Assembly: GCA_035703635.1 (NCBI GenBank)
Contig: DASSXV010000021.1
Location: forward strand, 1 to 64,000
Direction of reading: 5' to 3'
DNA length: 64,000 nucleotides
DNA from: Trueperaceae bacterium
GTDB lineage: Bacteria > Deinococcota > Deinococci > Deinococcales > Trueperaceae
Below the pieces are notes generated by a model that made no database searches, was not told where the DNA came from, and worked only from the letters and a program-made list of their open reading frames with translations. Shown here piece after piece: positions 60,742 through 64,000 of the stretch. The stretch's first letter is position 1; every line of letters begins with the position of its first letter. Both the position numbers and the translations under genes were made by a program.

Positions 60742-61053
60742 TTAAGCCTTGGCCTGCGCCTCTTGCCGCTTGACGAACGAACTGCGGCGCTTGGCCTCTA
60801 GCGAGGCAGGTAGCTCGACGCCCGTCTTCTGGAGGAGGCGTAGAGCGGTGTCGGTCGGTTGGGCGCCCAGCGCCATCCAGTGCTTGGCGCGGTCGGCGTC
60901 TACGCGCAGGTTCTCGCTGGTGGTCTCGCGCGGATCGTAGTACCCGATCTGCTCGATGTAGTCGCCGCTACGCTTGGTGCGGCCGTCCACGACGACGAGG
61001 CGGTAATGCGGGTTCTTCATTGAGCCCATGCGCATCAGGCGGATCTTGACCAT
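60742..61053 (-). CDS. rpsP: 30S ribosomal protein S16
   Basis: [10 protein letters not shown]...PHYRLVV, IG.YDP, GAQPTDT. Confidence 0.97.
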   Translation of the reverse strand: MVKIRLMRMGSMKNPHYRLVVVDGRTKRSGDYIEQIGYYDPRETTSENLRVDADRAKHWMALGAQPTDTALRLLQKTGVELPASLEAKRRSSFVKRQEAQAKA

Positions 61054-61209
61054 ACTTCTGTTTCCTCCAAGAGCCTCGGAAGGCTGTAGTTGCTGCCGAT
61101 TGTGGCGAGGCCCCGAGCCGACGATACGACGGCCAGCCTCCTAAAAGCCACCCAGTCTACACGGCATGGCCCGTCTGTTCCAGTGGCGCGGCTCAGCACG
61201 TGATCGGCG

Positions 61210-62526
61210 TCAGCCCCTCAGCCCGGCCCGCCCGCCGCCGCGCGGCGGCCGCTTGCCCATGCGCTTCATCAGTTTGCGCATCTCCTCGTAGTTGTTGATG
61301 AGGCGGTTGACGTCCTGCACGGTGGTTCCAGAGCCACGCGCGATGCGCTTGCGGCGCGAGGCGTTCAGTACGCGCGGCGTACGGCGCTCGACGTCCGTCA
61401 TGCTCGAGATGATGGCTTCCACGCGCCCGATCTCACGCTCGTCGATGTTCGTGCCTGCCGGAACTATCTTGTTGGCGCCAGGGATCATCTTGAGGACGTC
61501 CGTGAACGAACCCATCTGCTTGATGCGCCGCATCTGGGTGAGCATGTCCTGGAGCGAGAAGTCGCCGAGGTTGCGCATCTCGGTCTCGTCGTCGTCGCCC
61601 TCGAGCGCGCGCGCCTTCTCGATGAGGGTGAGCACGTCGCCCATGCCAAGGATGCGCCCGGCGACGCGGTCTGGGTGGAACGGCTCGAGCCCGTCGATCT
61701 TCTCGCTCATGCCCGCGTAGTAGATCGGCTTGCCCGTCACGTGCTTGGCGGAGAGCGCGGCGCCGCCTCTGGCGTCACCGTCGAGCTTGGTCATGATGAG
61801 GCCTGTGACGCCGACCTGCGAGTCGAACGCCGTGGCTACCGGCAGCGACTGCTGACCCGTCATGGCGTCGACCACCAGGATCTTCTCGCTCGGTGCTATG
61901 CGCTGACCCAGGTCCGAGAGTTCGGCCATGAGCGCCTCGTCGACCTGGAGTCGGCCTGCGGTGTCGACGATGACCAGGTCGCGGAAGTCCTTCTGTAGGT
62001 GCGCTTTGAGGCGCGCGGCGATCGCGGCTGGCTCCTCACGGTCATGCACTTCGAAGACGGGCACGCCGATCTGGTCACCCAACACCTTCAGTTGCTCGCG
62101 GGCGGCCGGCCGCTGCGTGTCAGCAGCTACGAGCAGCACGCGCCGCCCTTGGCTCTTGTAGCGGTACGCGAGCTTGCCTGCCGTCGTCGTCTTGCCTGCG
62201 CCTTGCAGGCCCATCAGCAACCAGATGTTGCCGTCCGACTTGAGCGTCGGCAGCACCGCCTTCCCGCCCAGCACCTCTTGCAGTTCTTCGTGAACGATGG
62301 CGATCACGCGCTGGTCGGGCTGGAGGGACATGAGCACGTCTGAGCCGATGGCCTTCTCTTGCACGCGGTTCGTGAACTCGCGCGCCACCTCGAGGTTGAC
62401 GTCCGCCTCGAGGAGAGCAACGCGCACCTCGCGGAGCGCGGCCTTTACGTCTGCTTCGGTCAGGCGGCCGCGGCCGCGTAGACCTTCGAAAACGGATTGC
62501 AGTCTGTCGCCTAATGACTGGAACAT
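61210..62526 (-). CDS. ffh: signal recognition particle protein
   Basis: ALLEADV, GLQGAGKTT, DTAGRLQ, TKLDGDARGG, M-domain SRRKRIARGSG. Confidence 0.97.
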   Translation of the reverse strand: MFQSLGDRLQSVFEGLRGRGRLTEADVKAALREVRVALLEADVNLEVAREFTNRVQEKAIGSDVLMSLQPDQRVIAIVHEELQEVLGGKAVLPTLKSDGNIWLLMGLQGAGKTTTAGKLAYRYKSQGRRVLLVAADTQRPAAREQLKVLGDQIGVPVFEVHDREEPAAIAARLKAHLQKDFRDLVIVDTAGRLQVDEALMAELSDLGQRIAPSEKILVVDAMTGQQSLPVATAFDSQVGVTGLIMTKLDGDARGGAALSAKHVTGKPIYYAGMSEKIDGLEPFHPDRVAGRILGMGDVLTLIEKARALEGDDDETEMRNLGDFSLQDMLTQMRRIKQMGSFTDVLKMIPGANKIVPAGTNIDEREIGRVEAIISSMTDVERRTPRVLNASRRKRIARGSGTTVQDVNRLINNYEEMRKLMKRMGKRPPRGGGRAGLRG

Positions 62527-62605
62527 GATCAGGAGTCTCTAGCGCTCATGCGCGTGGTTTGTACCGTTCGGTTCGGGAACGGGAGGTGCGCGGCGCCGAG
62601 CTATC

Positions 62606-62634
62606 AGGGTAGCGGCTCGGCGGTAGGGGGTCAA
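62606..62634 (-). promoter_or_regulatory. probable ffh promoter
   Basis: TTGACC-17 nt-TACCCT. Confidence 0.6.
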
Positions 62635-62679
62635 CCTGAGGCAGGCGAAAGTCCTGGGGCCCGGTGCTAAACTCGCGGC

Positions 62680-63180
62680 ATGACGCCGGTTACCACCCCA
62701 GTCCAAGGGCCGCGGCACGGCAGTAGCCGCGCAGGTGGCTTCGCCATCATGATAGCGCTGCTGCTGTTGGCGCCGGCTGCGCACGCTCAACTCCTGGCTG
62801 ACGTGCTCATGACCACCGCCATAGCGGCGCAGTTCGATAGCGGTGTCAGTTTTCCGCGCGGCACGATGCGCGCGGTTGGCACTGGCGTGAACGCGCTAGT
62901 AGCGCGCATTCCCGGCTCGAGCAACTGGACGGACTGGGAGGCGTACGCGCTTGGCGGCGTCGTCACCGCCCTCGCTGCCGCCAAGGTGCACGAGGTCTCT
63001 ACCGCTTACGCCGTCGCGGGTTACTTCGAGAGCGAACGCTCGGAGACGGCGGCGTCCGGGCCGCTCGGGCCAGAGACGCACACGCGCATCGTGTTCGTTG
63101 GAGACGACGGAACGTCGCGTCTGCTGTACTTGATCAGAGCGGGCCAGGAGGTCGTGTGGCTAACGGCGCGGGCGCGCTGA
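62680..63180 (+). CDS. secreted hypothetical protein
   Basis: TAAACT 6 nt before ATG; signal peptide ending AHA-Q. Confidence 0.7.
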   Translation: MTPVTTPVQGPRHGSSRAGGFAIMIALLLLAPAAHAQLLADVLMTTAIAAQFDSGVSFPRGTMRAVGTGVNALVARIPGSSNWTDWEAYALGGVVTALAAAKVHEVSTAYAVAGYFESERSETAASGPLGPETHTRIVFVGDDGTSRLLYLIRAGQEVVWLTARAR

Positions 63181-64000
63181 CAGCGGCTGACGATAGGCGC
63201 AACGGCTGGCGCGCGCGGACGCACGGCGCGTTGACGCACGGTGCCCTGCTGGTAGTTGCTCTGCTCGTGGCCGCAGCCGCGTACGCTCAAGGCGCGCAGG
63301 ACGTGGCGGCCGCTTACGCCGCCGCCGAGCAGGCGCTGGTAGTCGCCATCGAAACGCCGCTCGGCCGGGCAGCCAGCCCAGACGACGCCGTGTGGCGCGC
63401 GGCGCTGGACGCCGCGAGCCTAGCCACTAGCGTGGCCGTGGCGGCCGAGCAGGCCGCGCCGCCTGCAGGACAGGAGGCAGCTTTCGAGGCCTCGCGCCGC
63501 GCGTACCGCCTCGAGGCGCGCGCTTACGGCCTGACTAACTGGTACAGCCGTGCGTTCGCGGCTTGGGACGGCTTCCTCGCCAGTGGGGGAGAACTGACCG
63601 ACACCGCCCCACCGCTACCTGGCGGCGCTAGCCGCCAACTGACCACTGACCGCGAGGAGTTCCACCGCGTCGTCAACCAGTTGGCCTTCGCGCGTTACGA
63701 GGTAGGCGACCTCGATGAGGCTCGCGCCTGGTACCTCACGCTCCTCGACATGGCGCCAGACGACCCAGAGGCCCTCAGGTGGCTGGCGCGCATCGCTTAC
63801 GAACAGGGCGACACGAGCGCAGCCGTCGTCATCTGGCAGCGCCTGGTCGAGGTAGCGCCGGACGACGAGGGCGCGCGCTTCTTCCTCGACCTCAGCCGTG
63901 AACGCGAGCAGTACGGCGAGGCCGCGAGCGAGGCGTACCGCCTCGGCTTGAGGGCGTACGAGGCTGGTCGCATCGGACCGGCATTGGAGGCCTTCCAGGC
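63156..64000 (+). CDS. secreted TPR protein, truncated by window end
   Basis: AGGAGG before GTG at 63156; frame open to the end; signal peptide AYA-Q; TPRs LAFARYEVGDLDEA, LARIAYEQGD. Confidence 0.8.
   Translation, partial: MANGAGALTAADDRRNGWRARTHGALTHGALLVVALLVAAAAYAQGAQDVAAAYAAAEQALVVAIETPLGRAASPDDAVWRAALDAASLATSVAVAAEQAAPPAGQEAAFEASRRAYRLEARAYGLTNWYSRAFAAWDGFLASGGELTDTAPPLPGGASRQLTTDREEFHRVVNQLAFARYEVGDLDEARAWYLTLLDMAPDDPEALRWLARIAYEQGDTSAAVVIWQRLVEVAPDDEGARFFLDLSREREQYGEAASEAYRLGLRAYEAGRIGPALEAFQ

Noticed and set aside
62527-62679. SRP RNA gene next to ffh
   Set aside because: No CAGG...GRAA...AGCA domain IV signature; the region is explained by divergent promoters.

Overview
High-GC bacterial chromosome segment. 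Gene content and style point to Deinococcota, probably Trueperaceae-like (inference from protein families and many apparently leaderless starts). It is mostly core genome: fbaB, tRNA-Ala(CGC), a c-di-AMP PII-like receptor, a heterodimeric ABC exporter, ftsH, glgC, rlmN, rex, rnr, carB, pheA, rnhA-acpS-rpiA, maf-mreC, leuS, lpdA, argF-argC-argJ, pilD, ompH and ffh-rpsP-khpA-rimM-trmD. The left edge carries only the 3' half of a tRNA-Lys(CTT), which looks like the attachment-site boundary of an integrated element lying upstream of the window; a small decayed region follows. Best candidates for new biology: (1) an uncharacterised pair of secreted proteins at 50288-52319, a small Cys/His protein plus a four-repeat ABAB Ig/IPT-like protein; (2) a leaderless leader-peptide attenuator with a single Leu codon upstream of leuS; (3) a stand-alone dsRNA-binding-domain gene whose predicted 5' UTR begins with a long hairpin; (4) a membrane J-domain protein with FliH-like Gly repeats; (5) a PASTA protein with a vestigial kinase head. 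No CRISPR array, rRNA or transposase was seen. All calls are by eye, with no database searches.
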